Shown: positions 6,685-16,112 of the stretch, one piece after another
Position numbering within the stretch: the stretch's first letter is position 1
Layout of the letters: every line of letters begins with the position of its first letter
From: Candidatus Dojkabacteria bacterium
GTDB taxonomy: Bacteria > Patescibacteriota > Dojkabacteria > JAHIVN01
NCBI GenBank assembly: GCA_028696515.1
Contig: JAQVGX010000002.1
Coordinates: 1 to 44,830 of the forward strand
Direction of reading: 5' to 3'
Length of the DNA: 44,830 bases
Notes under the pieces: generated by a model
What the model saw: the letters and a program-made list of their open reading frames with translations, nothing else
Databases searched by the model: none
What the model was told of the DNA's origin: nothing
Made by a program: the position numbers and the translations under genes

Positions 6685-8914
6685 CTACTTTAGCAAGGTC
6701 TATCTTATAAATATTTCCGTCATCCAAAACAAAGAGCCTTCTATTTGTACTGTCGACAACTATATCTTGAATATTCTCAAAACCTTTTACTCCTCTAAAA
6801 ACTATTTGAGCAATGAATTTCCCCTGAGTTGGAGTAAGTGTGGCACCTTTGCTTAGAACCACAACTCTCTTATTGCCCGGGTCAGCTACAAAAACAAGGT
6901 TTTCATCAAGCTCGATACAACTTGGATTCTGTATCTCCCTGTCTAATCCCACTAATGTATAGGAATCTACTTTATCAACAGAGTATCGGAATATTCCCTG
7001 GCTGGGTGTCGAAAAATAGATATTGCCATCAATTTCCATATCATTAGCATCAGCAAGTTTCGAACTCGACCAACGTAGTACAGGAAAAGAATAGCCCGAA
7101 GGATACTTTGATATTTTCTGAACATCTTGTGCCTGGTTTCTTAATAGATAAATGTATTCATTGCCATCCTTATCACTATAAGTATCCATCTCGCTTACAT
7201 CCCCAACACTTGTTGATGATAAACCTGCAATACTTTCTGCTGTCCGAGACATAATATCAATTTTTACAATACCAAGATCACTATCATAAACCAGCAAATC
7301 ATTCTCCCTGTTAGGGGCAATCCATTTAGGAGTAATAAGAATTTCATCACCGATAAAGGTGGTCACATCCCCGCCGTCTACTCCGACTGAATACACAGCA
7401 GAATTGTCCGGATCGGTCACATAGAGAGTTTCGTTGACCAAGGTAATATCACTTGTTATTGCGCCCTCAACATAGCCCGATACTGATGTTATCAAGGCAG
7501 ACTCATCAACCGGTATAGCCCTTGTAACATCATCAAGTATTCCTATTCCTTCATCTTTCTTTACATTAATTTCATCGGTAAGTACACCATACTCCAGAGC
7601 CGTATCTAGCTTATAAAGCGCATCATCTATGACAACAACTGCCTCAGAAATATTACCTGCTTGCCCGATTGTCCTTCCATTCTCAAACTGTTCGTCTACT
7701 TCAGCTAGAATTGCAGCTACGTTTTCCTTCTGTTCCTTTGTTTCTGATCCTTTCTTTATCGCCCTTATACTAAAAAATAGAACTAAAACTCCAAGAAAGA
7801 TCAATATGACAATTCCCCTAACCGCAGGCTTCGGTCCTGCACCCCGTATAAAAATCCCCTTTCTCCCCATACCCATCAGGCCTTCCCAGACATTCTTCCT
7901 GAGAAACTGGAAAATTTTAACAGCATATTCCCTTATCTTTGACCAGATTACTTGGTATGTTTTTTTGTCTTTTAATTTCTCCTTCAGTTTTTCACCGATT
8001 TCCTTGATTTTGCCTTGAGAACCTGTTGTGCTTTTTTGATTATGATCAATTGATTTTTGGATGTCTTTTGGATTTTTTTCACCAGAACTAATCATGTCAT
8101 CTGGAGTGACGTTTGCTTTTTCCTCTTTTTCGCTCTTATCCGGAACTATCTTCTCGGAAGTAAAATCAGAAAGACCCTGCTCATCCGGCTCCTCCATCTC
8201 TTCTCGACTCTCTATTTTCCGGGAACCTTCTTCCTTTTGCAGATTCAATACCTCCTCGTCTTTCTGTAATTTCTCTCCTAAACGTATAGTTAATACTCCC
8301 CAGAAAGGATTATCTGCTAGTTTTTCGATATCATCCATCGAACCATTTTTTGCTACCAGTTTCAGATCCGACTCCGAAAGACTAGATAACGCATCCGGAG
8401 ATATCAAGCTGAACTGATCATCCCACTCATATTTACCGCTGCCTGTTTTGATCAAGTTCCTCCCTGACAAGTCTTTCAATCCTTCTGTCAGATTTACAAG
8501 TGTTCGATCACGCATCAGCATTATCCCCCCCTCCCCCAGAACAGCCATATAAACAAAGCCCCCTTTTATTACTAAGGTTTCTACACTTAAATCTATACCC
8601 TCAGAGGCTGCTATATTTTCTCTCTGAAGTAGAAATTCAAGCTTACGGGCAACTAATAGAATGGCCTTTGACAATCTTTCAACAGGATTTTCAATATTGA
8701 GAGAATAATATTCCTCTTGTAAAGTGTCACAAAGAAGTCCGCCTGCTACTTCACTGTCAAATTCTTCTGGAGCTTTGATAGTAAATAGTGCAAAAAGTCT
8801 ACCAAATTCACTTACACCCGCACTTGATTCCGGCTTTACAGACACACCTGACCACCCACCCTTTTCAGGCCTACCTACAAGAAAGATTGACTCAATATCT
8901 CGATTTCCTTCCAT
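6659..8914 (-). CDS. Large membrane protein: N-terminal globular domain, K/E-rich disordered linker, one TM helix, C-terminal NHL-like beta-propeller repeats
   Basis: 751 aa with a TM helix at VRGIVILIFLGVLVLFFSI. The C-terminal half carries repeated blade-like motifs (LYVTDPDNSAVYSV, LLVYDSDLGIVKID, VFVADPGNKRVVVL, LFVLDDGNIYKI). The 3' end overlaps the smpB start by 26 nt. Confidence 0.6.
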   Translation of the reverse strand: MEGNRDIESIFLVGRPEKGGWSGVSVKPESSAGVSEFGRLFALFTIKAPEEFDSEVAGGLLCDTLQEEYYSLNIENPVERLSKAILLVARKLEFLLQRENIAASEGIDLSVETLVIKGGFVYMAVLGEGGIMLMRDRTLVNLTEGLKDLSGRNLIKTGSGKYEWDDQFSLISPDALSSLSESDLKLVAKNGSMDDIEKLADNPFWGVLTIRLGEKLQKDEEVLNLQKEEGSRKIESREEMEEPDEQGLSDFTSEKIVPDKSEKEEKANVTPDDMISSGEKNPKDIQKSIDHNQKSTTGSQGKIKEIGEKLKEKLKDKKTYQVIWSKIREYAVKIFQFLRKNVWEGLMGMGRKGIFIRGAGPKPAVRGIVILIFLGVLVLFFSIRAIKKGSETKEQKENVAAILAEVDEQFENGRTIGQAGNISEAVVVIDDALYKLDTALEYGVLTDEINVKKDEGIGILDDVTRAIPVDESALITSVSGYVEGAITSDITLVNETLYVTDPDNSAVYSVGVDGGDVTTFIGDEILITPKWIAPNRENDLLVYDSDLGIVKIDIMSRTAESIAGLSSTSVGDVSEMDTYSDKDGNEYIYLLRNQAQDVQKISKYPSGYSFPVLRWSSSKLADANDMEIDGNIYFSTPSQGIFRYSVDKVDSYTLVGLDREIQNPSCIELDENLVFVADPGNKRVVVLSKGATLTPTQGKFIAQIVFRGVKGFENIQDIVVDSTNRRLFVLDDGNIYKIDLAKVDEKAGQYE

Positions 8915-9090
8915 AATTATTAATTCAATTAACCCCTTAACAATAAAATGTTGTTATTCGTAATATTTTCCTTCTGATTTTCTCAACGAAACATTAAACT
9001 TAAAAGCACTGTTGGCTTTCATTACGCTAAAACTAGGCCAGTTCCATATGATATAAGGAAAAATATGTATACGCCTGATACTACATATCT

Positions 9091-9303
9091 TCACTTTACT
9101 ATCACAACTGCCATCAGTACAAGAAGAACAAGGAATATGTGAACAAGACTGAGGCAGTTTAAACATCCCTTCATCTTAGTTTTGATTGCTTTGTTCATCA
9201 GAAAAACTTGCCGTGCAATCAAAACCGACAAAAGGAAATATATAAATAGCAACACTAAAAATAGTGTTTTTGTTATCAATACGATCAAATTCTCACTCTC
9301 CAT
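9091..9303 (-). CDS. Small two-TM membrane protein (hypothetical)
   Basis: 70-aa ORF with two hydrophobic helices separated by the basic loop NKAIKTKMKG, 16 nt downstream of the preceding gene. Short, so coding status is uncertain. Confidence 0.35.
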   Translation of the reverse strand: MESENLIVLITKTLFLVLLFIYFLLSVLIARQVFLMNKAIKTKMKGCLNCLSLVHIFLVLLVLMAVVIVK

Positions 9304-9319
9304 ATAGACTAATGCAAAG

Positions 9320-9934
9320 CTAAACTGGATGCTTGACCATGAGATTTCTTAAATCCATGATTTTATCCCTCACCCATGAAGGTTTCGGTACGGATAAAAA
9401 ATCAAATTCTCTCCTTTCACCGGCTGTCTGAATATAGACATCCCCGTAGTTGAAAAACATTGGTAAAAAACCAATACTTTCCTGAGTGGCATCAACAATG
9501 TTGTCAAGACTGGCCTCGCTTATTTTATGATATGCAAAGGCGCTGAAATCAAAATCAAGTACCCTTTCACTGGTGATTACATATAAATTGAAATACCAAT
9601 CAAGAAACTTCATAAAACTTGATGTGAAGACCAGAAGATACCAGAGCATGATAGCCACAACTACATAACTATCCCTGAAAAATGGAATCGTTTCAAAGTC
9701 GATTTGCATAAGGCTGAGCACGTACAAAATAATCGGCGGGATAATAGAAAAAAATACTCCGGTTATAATCCAGCTAAGATTGGTAGCGATATGCCCCCTC
9801 AGCATAATGAAAACTCTTTCGTTAGGATTCTGAGTTTCAAACTCCATCCTTTCAGGCATGATGATAACAGAACTGATAGTCCCGTCACGTCTCTCTGGTA
9901 GTATCTCATTGAGTCTTTCTTGAGTATGAGTCAT
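9320..9934 (-). CDS. Membrane protein with a bacterial PH (bPH_2/YdbT-like) domain
   Basis: Two or three TM helices, then YVITSERVLDFDFSAF..HKISEASLDNIVDATQESIGFL..FNYGDVYIQTAGERREFDFLSVPKPSWVRDKI, the typical membrane-flanked bPH pattern. Confidence 0.6.
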   Translation of the reverse strand: MTHTQERLNEILPERRDGTISSVIIMPERMEFETQNPNERVFIMLRGHIATNLSWIITGVFFSIIPPIILYVLSLMQIDFETIPFFRDSYVVVAIMLWYLLVFTSSFMKFLDWYFNLYVITSERVLDFDFSAFAYHKISEASLDNIVDATQESIGFLPMFFNYGDVYIQTAGERREFDFLSVPKPSWVRDKIMDLRNLMVKHPV

Positions 9935-9950
9935 AATTCATCACTAATAA

Positions 9951-11720
9951 TTATTCGGCCTTTTTGAAGTAGAATGTTAAACTAAATACCGGATCCACTT
10001 CACCTGAAGGTTTTTTGTTACCAACCCAAAAATTAAAAATTATCTTAAAAAATTCCCCATTTATATCTGATGTCCCTTTACTCCCAACAATTCTCACCTT
10101 TGATGCCCTACCCGAAACATCTCGAACAAACTGTATATCCTTAAGAGTTCCAGTCGTACCCAGTAAATTTTTCACATCACTTGAACTTGGGTAGGTGTAC
10201 CCTGCCTTGCTATACCATTCTAACATTGATTGCAGTTCTTTTAAAGAATAACTGTTTGTTCTCCACATCCAGTCCGTATAAGGACCTTTGACTGCAAAGC
10301 TCGAATCATTAACTCCTTGCAGCCAGCTAAAGCCACTTCCGCAGTTACCCGCAAAATCCCAACACCACACTGGATTTCTATGTGTAGCTGTACCCCAGCC
10401 GTTATTATTATCTGAGGAATAATAAGCTTTTATGATGCTTCCTCCTGACTTCAAAACCTTCCCCTTTGTTTCATCAGCAGCCCATTTTTTTGCCGTACCT
10501 CCCTTGTAAACTTGACAACTCGCAGAAGTACAAATCGGGCCCCCATAAGCTAGCGCATAAGAACGAGCTACAATTACCTGGGCTTCAATAGTATTTTCAG
10601 GCCAACAGTCCCATATAGAATTCGGATCGTCCAACCTATACTTATCCGGCCTGGTATTTACCTGAGACTGATTTCCACAAGCCTTATCCGGGATTTCGCC
10701 CAGGCCAGAGACATAAGTTTCAATATTCATAGTTCCATATCCTATGACATCAATATTTCCCGATGCTGTTCCTATAACAGTACCCGGATAGTAAAACTTT
10801 GCAATTTGTGTGCCGCTCATACCGCTTTTTCCTCCTCCATAGGCTCCATATTGGGAAAATCCTAGGCCATGGCCTTGATACAGAGCTCGGCCTCTCCCAT
10901 AAAAATAGTACTCCCCTTTTACTAATGGTTTTGTCCCCCCATTTACATCCCCGATAAGAACAGCCTCTTCTTCCATCATAGCTCGTAAATCAGCATTTAA
11001 TCCCTCAATATCCTGCTGCACGGCTCCCATTTGAGCCCGGATGTTTGACTGTAAACTTGCATTGTAAGAGGCAAGCGAGTTGTAATAAGATACTTCATCG
11101 GTAAGTTCTTGCTTCCTTGTAGCGAGTTTCTTATTTTCATCGCTTAGAGATCCGACCTTCTTTTCAAACTCTAGTTTCTTTTTCTTCAGAGATTCTGCTT
11201 CAATGGCCATCTGGTTTACACCGTCAATGTCAGCATCTAGAAGTGTTTCTCGATATTTATAATCTTTCCAGAAGCCATCGACCTGACCATTCGAAAGAAA
11301 AACATCAACCAGCCCTCGGCGATCATTAATATACACATTGACAAGATTCTCATTCATTTCTCCTTGCTTCTTTTCGATATCAAGCTCCAGAAATTCGAGA
11401 CTTTTTTTGTACTTATCAAGTTTGACCTTGTTTAATTCAAGTTCAGCTTCAACTTTTTTCAACTCTGTTTCAATATTCTCAAGTTGGGATGAAGATGTCC
11501 CCATTTGGGATTCGAAGTACGCAACAAGCTCTTCTGCCTTTGTCAATTCTGATTCTAAATCGTCAAGTTCCTTCTCCTTCTGATCTATTTCCTTTTCAAT
11601 TTCATCCTGAGTTTTTGAGTATACGTAGACAGGAGAACTTAATGCATTTGACAGAAGAAGAAACGCAGTTAAGAAGATAAATGGAAATTTAAATGTTTTT
11701 GACAACTTATAATCTAGCAA
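9951..11720 (-). CDS. Secreted coiled-coil protein fused to a SpoIID/LytB-type domain (cell-wall remodelling)
   Basis: TTG start and a signal/TM segment (FPFIFLTAFLLLSNALS). About 230 aa of heptad-rich coiled coil follow (EKELDDLESELTKAEE..ELELNKVKLDKYKKSLEFLELDIEKKQ). SpoIID-like motifs come next: YVSGLGEIP...WPENTIEAQVIVARSYALAYGG..CTSASCQVYKGG...YYSSDNNNGWG. Confidence 0.7.
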   Translation of the reverse strand: MLDYKLSKTFKFPFIFLTAFLLLSNALSSPVYVYSKTQDEIEKEIDQKEKELDDLESELTKAEELVAYFESQMGTSSSQLENIETELKKVEAELELNKVKLDKYKKSLEFLELDIEKKQGEMNENLVNVYINDRRGLVDVFLSNGQVDGFWKDYKYRETLLDADIDGVNQMAIEAESLKKKKLEFEKKVGSLSDENKKLATRKQELTDEVSYYNSLASYNASLQSNIRAQMGAVQQDIEGLNADLRAMMEEEAVLIGDVNGGTKPLVKGEYYFYGRGRALYQGHGLGFSQYGAYGGGKSGMSGTQIAKFYYPGTVIGTASGNIDVIGYGTMNIETYVSGLGEIPDKACGNQSQVNTRPDKYRLDDPNSIWDCWPENTIEAQVIVARSYALAYGGPICTSASCQVYKGGTAKKWAADETKGKVLKSGGSIIKAYYSSDNNNGWGTATHRNPVWCWDFAGNCGSGFSWLQGVNDSSFAVKGPYTDWMWRTNSYSLKELQSMLEWYSKAGYTYPSSSDVKNLLGTTGTLKDIQFVRDVSGRASKVRIVGSKGTSDINGEFFKIIFNFWVGNKKPSGEVDPVFSLTFYFKKAE

Positions 11721-11813
11721 GACGCGAATAGTACAAAGTATAGATAATTATGATCAATTATCTAACATTTGGAAAAAAATCTCAATCAGATAAGTAAATT
11801 TAGGATAGAGACA

Positions 11814-12266
11814 CTACACAGTTCCAGTACAAACATCTGGGAAAAAGAACCTAAATATTGCCATGTTATCGAATTGATCGAAACCAGTAGTGAAACAGCT
11901 CCCTGGGTCTTGGAGTGCCAACAAAATAATCATTACCCGTACAAATATGTATCCACCAAAAACAAGTACAAAAGCTAGTGCAATATTTCCTCCCCGTTTT
12001 TTGAGGCTCGATAGCTTTTGTTCGTCTCCAAACGCCAGCATCCACTGAGCACCGATATAAATTATAGTGAAAATGAAATATGGAATTGATAAAGCCCAGA
12101 GCGCAAGCAAGGCATCAATAAATATTACCTCTGCTTCCTGTAAACGGTAAGGTTCATCTTTAATAGTTCCAGAGGAAGCACTCAAGCTACTTACTTTGGA
12201 TAGTAAAACTATCGGGCCAAGAAGCAGTCCCCTTAGTAAATTCTTTACTTTTACTTTCATTTTCAT
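11814..12266 (-). CDS. VirB2/TrbC-like two-helix pilin-module protein, paralog P6
   Basis: The ORF track starts at a TTG at 12323. The ATG at 12266 gives a cleaner signal peptide (MKMKVKVKNLLRGLLLGPIVLLSKVSSLSASS). The C-terminal module is ...IFTIIYIGAQWMLAFGDEQKLSSLKKRGGNIALAFVLVFGGYIFV, then a 2-Cys tail. Confidence 0.6.
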   Translation of the reverse strand: MKMKVKVKNLLRGLLLGPIVLLSKVSSLSASSGTIKDEPYRLQEAEVIFIDALLALWALSIPYFIFTIIYIGAQWMLAFGDEQKLSSLKKRGGNIALAFVLVFGGYIFVRVMIILLALQDPGSCFTTGFDQFDNMAIFRFFFPDVCTGTV

Positions 12267-12418
12267 ATTCGTAAAACAATAAAATTGTTGAACTAATTTA
12301 ACAATAATTATACCAGAAAACAAGGTTCTAATATAATCGAGTTTACATTTTAGAAGACAATGGAAATTTCAGTTAGACTTTATTATAATCAAAAAAATAA
12401 ACCAATAAAAAGTATACT

Positions 12419-13918
12419 ATGAAAACATTTAAGAAAGTTTATATATTTTTAGATAAGATACCCCTCATTACAACATCTTTAGTAATCCTGATTTTCACTA
12501 TGCTACTGTTTTTGCCGACAGACCCGGATCTATTCTGGCATCTAAAGTATGGCGAACTGACTTTGGATCAAGGACCAATATCACATGACCCTTTTTCATA
12601 TACCTTTTCTGAATTCAGATTTTACGACTATGAATGGCTTGCTCACATTCTAACTATTTTATTATACAGATTTGGTGGATATGTATTACTTTCGATCTTC
12701 TTTGCAGTTATTGTTTTACTCGCTTTCACTCTTTCAGCCAATATCAGCCTTCCACGCAAAGCCCCCCGGAATCTCAGAACTTTGGCTGTGTTTGCAGGAC
12801 TATTTCTAACGATACCGATGACGGGAATACGCTTGCAAATGCTGTCGCTGCTAGGAGTGGTATCAGTATACTTTATATACAACAGATACCTCACTGCTAA
12901 ATCCAAGTTGATTTATCTTATTCCTGTAATATTTGTGCTCTGGGCAAACGTCCATCCAGGATTTCTATCAGGGCTGGCGCTTATCAGTCTACTTACTTTC
13001 TCAGAGTTCATAAAGTTTCTGCTGAGAAGTTTCAACCTTTCCGGAAAATCAGATTCCATTTATGATGATGATTATCCAAGTCTCAAAACACTATTTCTGA
13101 TAACTGTACTTTCTTTTATCTCAACCCTCATCACACCTTTTGGTCACCACATACTCTTCCAATCTTTGAGTTTTTCGGTTGAGCCATATACCGGCAATAT
13201 CATAAACGAGTGGCTTTCTCCTGATTTTAAAGTCACAAGTGGATTCTTCTTTTATTCATTTTCCGGGATAATATTCCTATCATTTTATTTGAGAAAGAAG
13301 ATCAATCTTAACGAAATATTGGTAATCATTTTCTTTGCTATCATGACCATGCAAGGGATAAGAAATCTGCCCTTGTTAGTAGCAGTCGCTCTTCCTTCTA
13401 TCCTGCAAACCCCAGGCTACCAGAAAATCAAGGGTTATTTCAATGATGCCAATCTCCTCCTTCTGGCATCAAAACTATTTCTATTCATTTTAGCTCTTGG
13501 AATATCCATTTTTAACTTCCGTACATATTATAAACTTATAAACGATATCGATCTTGTCTATGAAGCCGCCGATTACCCAAGGGAAGCTGTTGTGTACATG
13601 AAAGAAAACCCAGAAGAGGGCAATATCTTCAACACATTTGGCTGGGGAGGATATCTTATCTGGGAATACCCAGAAAAGAAGCTTTTTATAGACGGCAGAA
13701 TGCCTTCTTGGAGAATGGGAAAAAGATCGATTCTCAAAGAACAGAACGATATCAAAGATCTCAAAATACCAGACTGGAGGGAGAGGCTTTATAGCTATAA
13801 TGTCAAAATTATCTTACTAAGACCTACAGATCCATTGGTCAATGCACTCAGATACGATCCTGATTGGGAAGTTGTACTTGATGAACCTAATTCTGTCCTC
13901 ATTTATAAAAAGATATAG
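12419..13918 (+). CDS. Polytopic membrane protein, GT-C-fold glycosyltransferase-like (tentative)
   Basis: 499 aa with at least 10 hydrophobic helices and an acidic first-loop motif PTDPDLFWHLKYGE, reminiscent of the DxD/DPxF loop-1 motifs of STT3/ArnT-type GT-C enzymes. The soluble C-terminal domain has a WGGYLIW..DGR motif. It is the only plus-strand gene inside the pilin-like locus. Confidence 0.4.
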   Translation: MKTFKKVYIFLDKIPLITTSLVILIFTMLLFLPTDPDLFWHLKYGELTLDQGPISHDPFSYTFSEFRFYDYEWLAHILTILLYRFGGYVLLSIFFAVIVLLAFTLSANISLPRKAPRNLRTLAVFAGLFLTIPMTGIRLQMLSLLGVVSVYFIYNRYLTAKSKLIYLIPVIFVLWANVHPGFLSGLALISLLTFSEFIKFLLRSFNLSGKSDSIYDDDYPSLKTLFLITVLSFISTLITPFGHHILFQSLSFSVEPYTGNIINEWLSPDFKVTSGFFFYSFSGIIFLSFYLRKKINLNEILVIIFFAIMTMQGIRNLPLLVAVALPSILQTPGYQKIKGYFNDANLLLLASKLFLFILALGISIFNFRTYYKLINDIDLVYEAADYPREAVVYMKENPEEGNIFNTFGWGGYLIWEYPEKKLFIDGRMPSWRMGKRSILKEQNDIKDLKIPDWRERLYSYNVKIILLRPTDPLVNALRYDPDWEVVLDEPNSVLIYKKI

Positions 13919-13984
13919 CCTACTTTTACTTCAGATTTCCTATCTTCTTCCAAGTTGAAGATTGATAAATGAGCTCTGCTAAAT

Positions 13985-14015
13985 AAAAAAGCCTCAGATA
14001 AACTGAAGCTTTTTC
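13985..14015. terminator. Bidirectional intrinsic terminator between convergent genes
   Basis: A-run, then stem AGCCTCAG (13990..13997), loop ATAAA, stem CTGAAGCT (14003..14010, 7 of 8 pairs), then a T-run. It lies between the stop of 12419..13918 (+) and the stop of 14038..14526 (-). Confidence 0.55.
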
Positions 14016-14037
14016 TATAATCAATTTTCCTCTTACC

Positions 14038-14526
14038 TCAATCTCCCGGATCAACATTGATATTAGCCTCTGGAGCTTTTTCACCTCCAAGTATAAATAT
14101 TATTGCAAATATACCGATAATCGCAAGAATCATAGCAGCAAATCCCATAAGCACAGCTTTGATAGCTCCTTTTGATTCCTCAAGCTTCCCAGACTCTCCC
14201 TGGCTTGTAATGAACTTAATAGCGGCTAATGCTGAATATATGATTGCAGCCAGGAAGACAACAACAAAAACTACTGTCAAAGCAACCCTCACACGCCTAT
14301 TTACAAATTCATTTACATCATTTGCATTTAAACTGTCATCATTTCCTGTAATACTATCAATAATATTTTTGATAAAAGGCGGCAAAACCTCACTTCCACT
14401 GGCACCAGTATTATTAGCTGCTGCATAACTAGGCATCGCCATCCCAAAAAAGAGTGCCCCGCTAACACTCGATACTGTGAACACTTTGGAAGCAACATTC
14501 AATGATAGTTTTTTTAGCTTATTCAT
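14038..14526 (-). CDS. VirB2/TrbC-like pilin-module protein, paralog P1
   Basis: Signal peptide (..FFGMAMPSYAAA), a short ectodomain, then VALTVVFVVVFLAAIIYSALAAIKFITSQGESGKLEESKGAIKAVLMGFAAMILAIIGIFAIIFIL. Confidence 0.65.
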   Translation of the reverse strand: MNKLKKLSLNVASKVFTVSSVSGALFFGMAMPSYAAANNTGASGSEVLPPFIKNIIDSITGNDDSLNANDVNEFVNRRVRVALTVVFVVVFLAAIIYSALAAIKFITSQGESGKLEESKGAIKAVLMGFAAMILAIIGIFAIIFILGGEKAPEANINVDPGD

Positions 14527-14614
14527 AATGCAAAACCTTATAAATTAACTTTGAAATTATATCAAATATATGCCAGATTAGCAAAATAAAAACAAAATTG
14601 CAAGTAAATAATCG

Positions 14615-15199
14615 TCAATTACATACCCAGTCAGCAGGAGTGCATTCCCAATCACATCCTTCTGGAAGAGTGTCTTCATCTATATCACGCTTATGCTCAA
14701 ACAGAGTTTCACCATTACAGACAGCCAGATTTTGGGCCAGAGAAAAAACTGTACCTATCCCCAAGAAGAATGTCACAACGTTAACTAGTATAAACATAAT
14801 AATTGTCGCCGCAAAGCCAATCAATGCATTTTTAAACCACTTACTCGCACTTTGGAGTTTAGTATCACTGCCCTGGCTCCCAACCATCCTTATCGCTCCA
14901 ATAGCAATGGCAAATATAAGTACGATAAAAAGAATTACAAATAAGTTCGAAAGTATAACTGAAAGAATTACCCAAATCGAGGTGTCTCCCTCCCAATAGT
15001 TAAGAGGCTTGAGAATATTTAGCCTTATACTTCCACCGGGGCCAAATATTTCGTCAAACAAATCACCCTCCCCAGGAACCAGGACATCATCATTATTTGC
15101 AGATGCCAATACCCCACCTTCTTGCGAAAAGGGGAAAACAGATATGCCTATAAAGATAACTATAACAGTAACCAATAAACCTATTATAATCCTTTTCAT
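14615..15199 (-). CDS. VirB2/TrbC-like pilin-module protein, paralog P2, with a C-terminal 4-Cys extension
   Basis: Signal/TM segment, ectodomain, then ..LFIVLIFAIAIGAIRMVGSQGSDTKLQSASKWFKNALIGFAATIIMFILV. An extra helix follows, then the tail CNGETLFEHKRDIDEDTLPEGCDWECTPADWVCN. Confidence 0.6.
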   Translation of the reverse strand: MKRIIIGLLVTVIVIFIGISVFPFSQEGGVLASANNDDVLVPGEGDLFDEIFGPGGSIRLNILKPLNYWEGDTSIWVILSVILSNLFVILFIVLIFAIAIGAIRMVGSQGSDTKLQSASKWFKNALIGFAATIIMFILVNVVTFFLGIGTVFSLAQNLAVCNGETLFEHKRDIDEDTLPEGCDWECTPADWVCN

Positions 15200-15213
15200 G
15201 ATAAGAAAGCTAA

Positions 15214-15555
15214 TTAACTAAAAACCTCATCTATAAAACTAAAGTCTGTTATATCTACACCCAAAAGACCTGCTATAACAGCAAAGACCAATATAAACCC
15301 AAATGCTATAAGAACTGCAATTATTCCATCTTTCATGATCTTTTGAGCTTTCTGTAGCTTCTCTTCACTATCACCAGCCGTAATCCATGTATAACCACCA
15401 TAAAAAATTACAACAACTAATCCAACGGCAAGCAAGGAAATAGCAATTAACAAAGCAGTTTTTATGAGCCTCGGGAAGACCGAAGGATCGGTATCTCCGT
15501 GTGATCCTGTAACATTTTCATCTACCCCCAAGATTTCAGTCCATTTCTTAAACAT
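15214..15555 (-). CDS. VirB2/TrbC-like pilin-module protein, paralog P3 (minimal form)
   Basis: 113 aa: ..ALLIAISLLAVGLVVVIFYGGYTWITAGDSEEKLQKAQKIMKDGIIAVLIAFGFILVFAVIAGLLGVDITDFSFIDEVFS. Confidence 0.65.
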   Translation of the reverse strand: MFKKWTEILGVDENVTGSHGDTDPSVFPRLIKTALLIAISLLAVGLVVVIFYGGYTWITAGDSEEKLQKAQKIMKDGIIAVLIAFGFILVFAVIAGLLGVDITDFSFIDEVFS

Positions 15556-15594
15556 TAGTATCTATAGTAATATTTATTATTAAAGTGTCCCAAT

Positions 15595-16095
15595 TTACTC
15601 AACAAGTGCCGTATCAATATCAAGCAAACTGGCAAGTATTCTAACCAAGAGTGGTGCGAGTGCCATTATTGCGAAACCTACTGCGGCACCTATGGCTATT
15701 TTCATACTTTTCCCCTCTTTATCTGGATTTCCTGCTGCAGTCATGCGTACAAACCCAGCGTAAATGACTGTAAAAATGAAGCCAACAACTGACAAGGGCG
15801 TTGTAATACCGCTAGCCTTTGTGATAAGTTCCCCTAAACTAACGAGGGTTGTAGGAATAGGGATAGTAGTCGGTTTACCAGTTGATGAAGGATCCGCACA
15901 ACAACACCAAGTATTACCATCTGGGACTAATGGATCACAATATGCAGTACATACTTTCCCTCCATTTTCACACATATCTTTTGGCAGAAATTGACCGGAA
16001 CAGTCATTACAAGACATTGCTTCTACTTTCGCACTAGGGAGAGAGGTCATAAGCAAAAAGAATAGGGAAATGCATATAAAAATTCTTCTCAACAT
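15595..16095 (-). CDS. VirB2/TrbC-like pilin-module protein, paralog P4, with an N-terminal Cys-rich ectodomain
   Basis: Signal peptide (FICISLFFLLMTSLPSAKVEA), then 8 Cys in about 42 aa (SCNDCSGQFLPKDMCENGGKVCTAYCDPLVPDGNTWCCCADP), then a P/T linker. The module reads ..VVGFIFTVIYAGFVRMTAAGNPDKEGKSMKIAIGAAVGFAIMALAPLLV..LLDIDTALVE. Confidence 0.65.
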   Translation of the reverse strand: MLRRIFICISLFFLLMTSLPSAKVEAMSCNDCSGQFLPKDMCENGGKVCTAYCDPLVPDGNTWCCCADPSSTGKPTTIPIPTTLVSLGELITKASGITTPLSVVGFIFTVIYAGFVRMTAAGNPDKEGKSMKIAIGAAVGFAIMALAPLLVRILASLLDIDTALVE

Positions 16096-16112
16096 AATAA
16101 GGCTTTTAAAAG

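Noticed and set aside
8954-9166. 70-aa Cys-rich ORF (..CSHIPCSSCTDGSCDSKVKIC..) between the NHL protein and the bPH protein
   Set aside because: It overlaps the 9091..9303 two-TM ORF in another frame and has no signal peptide or recognisable motif. At this length it is as likely to be chance, so it is not called.
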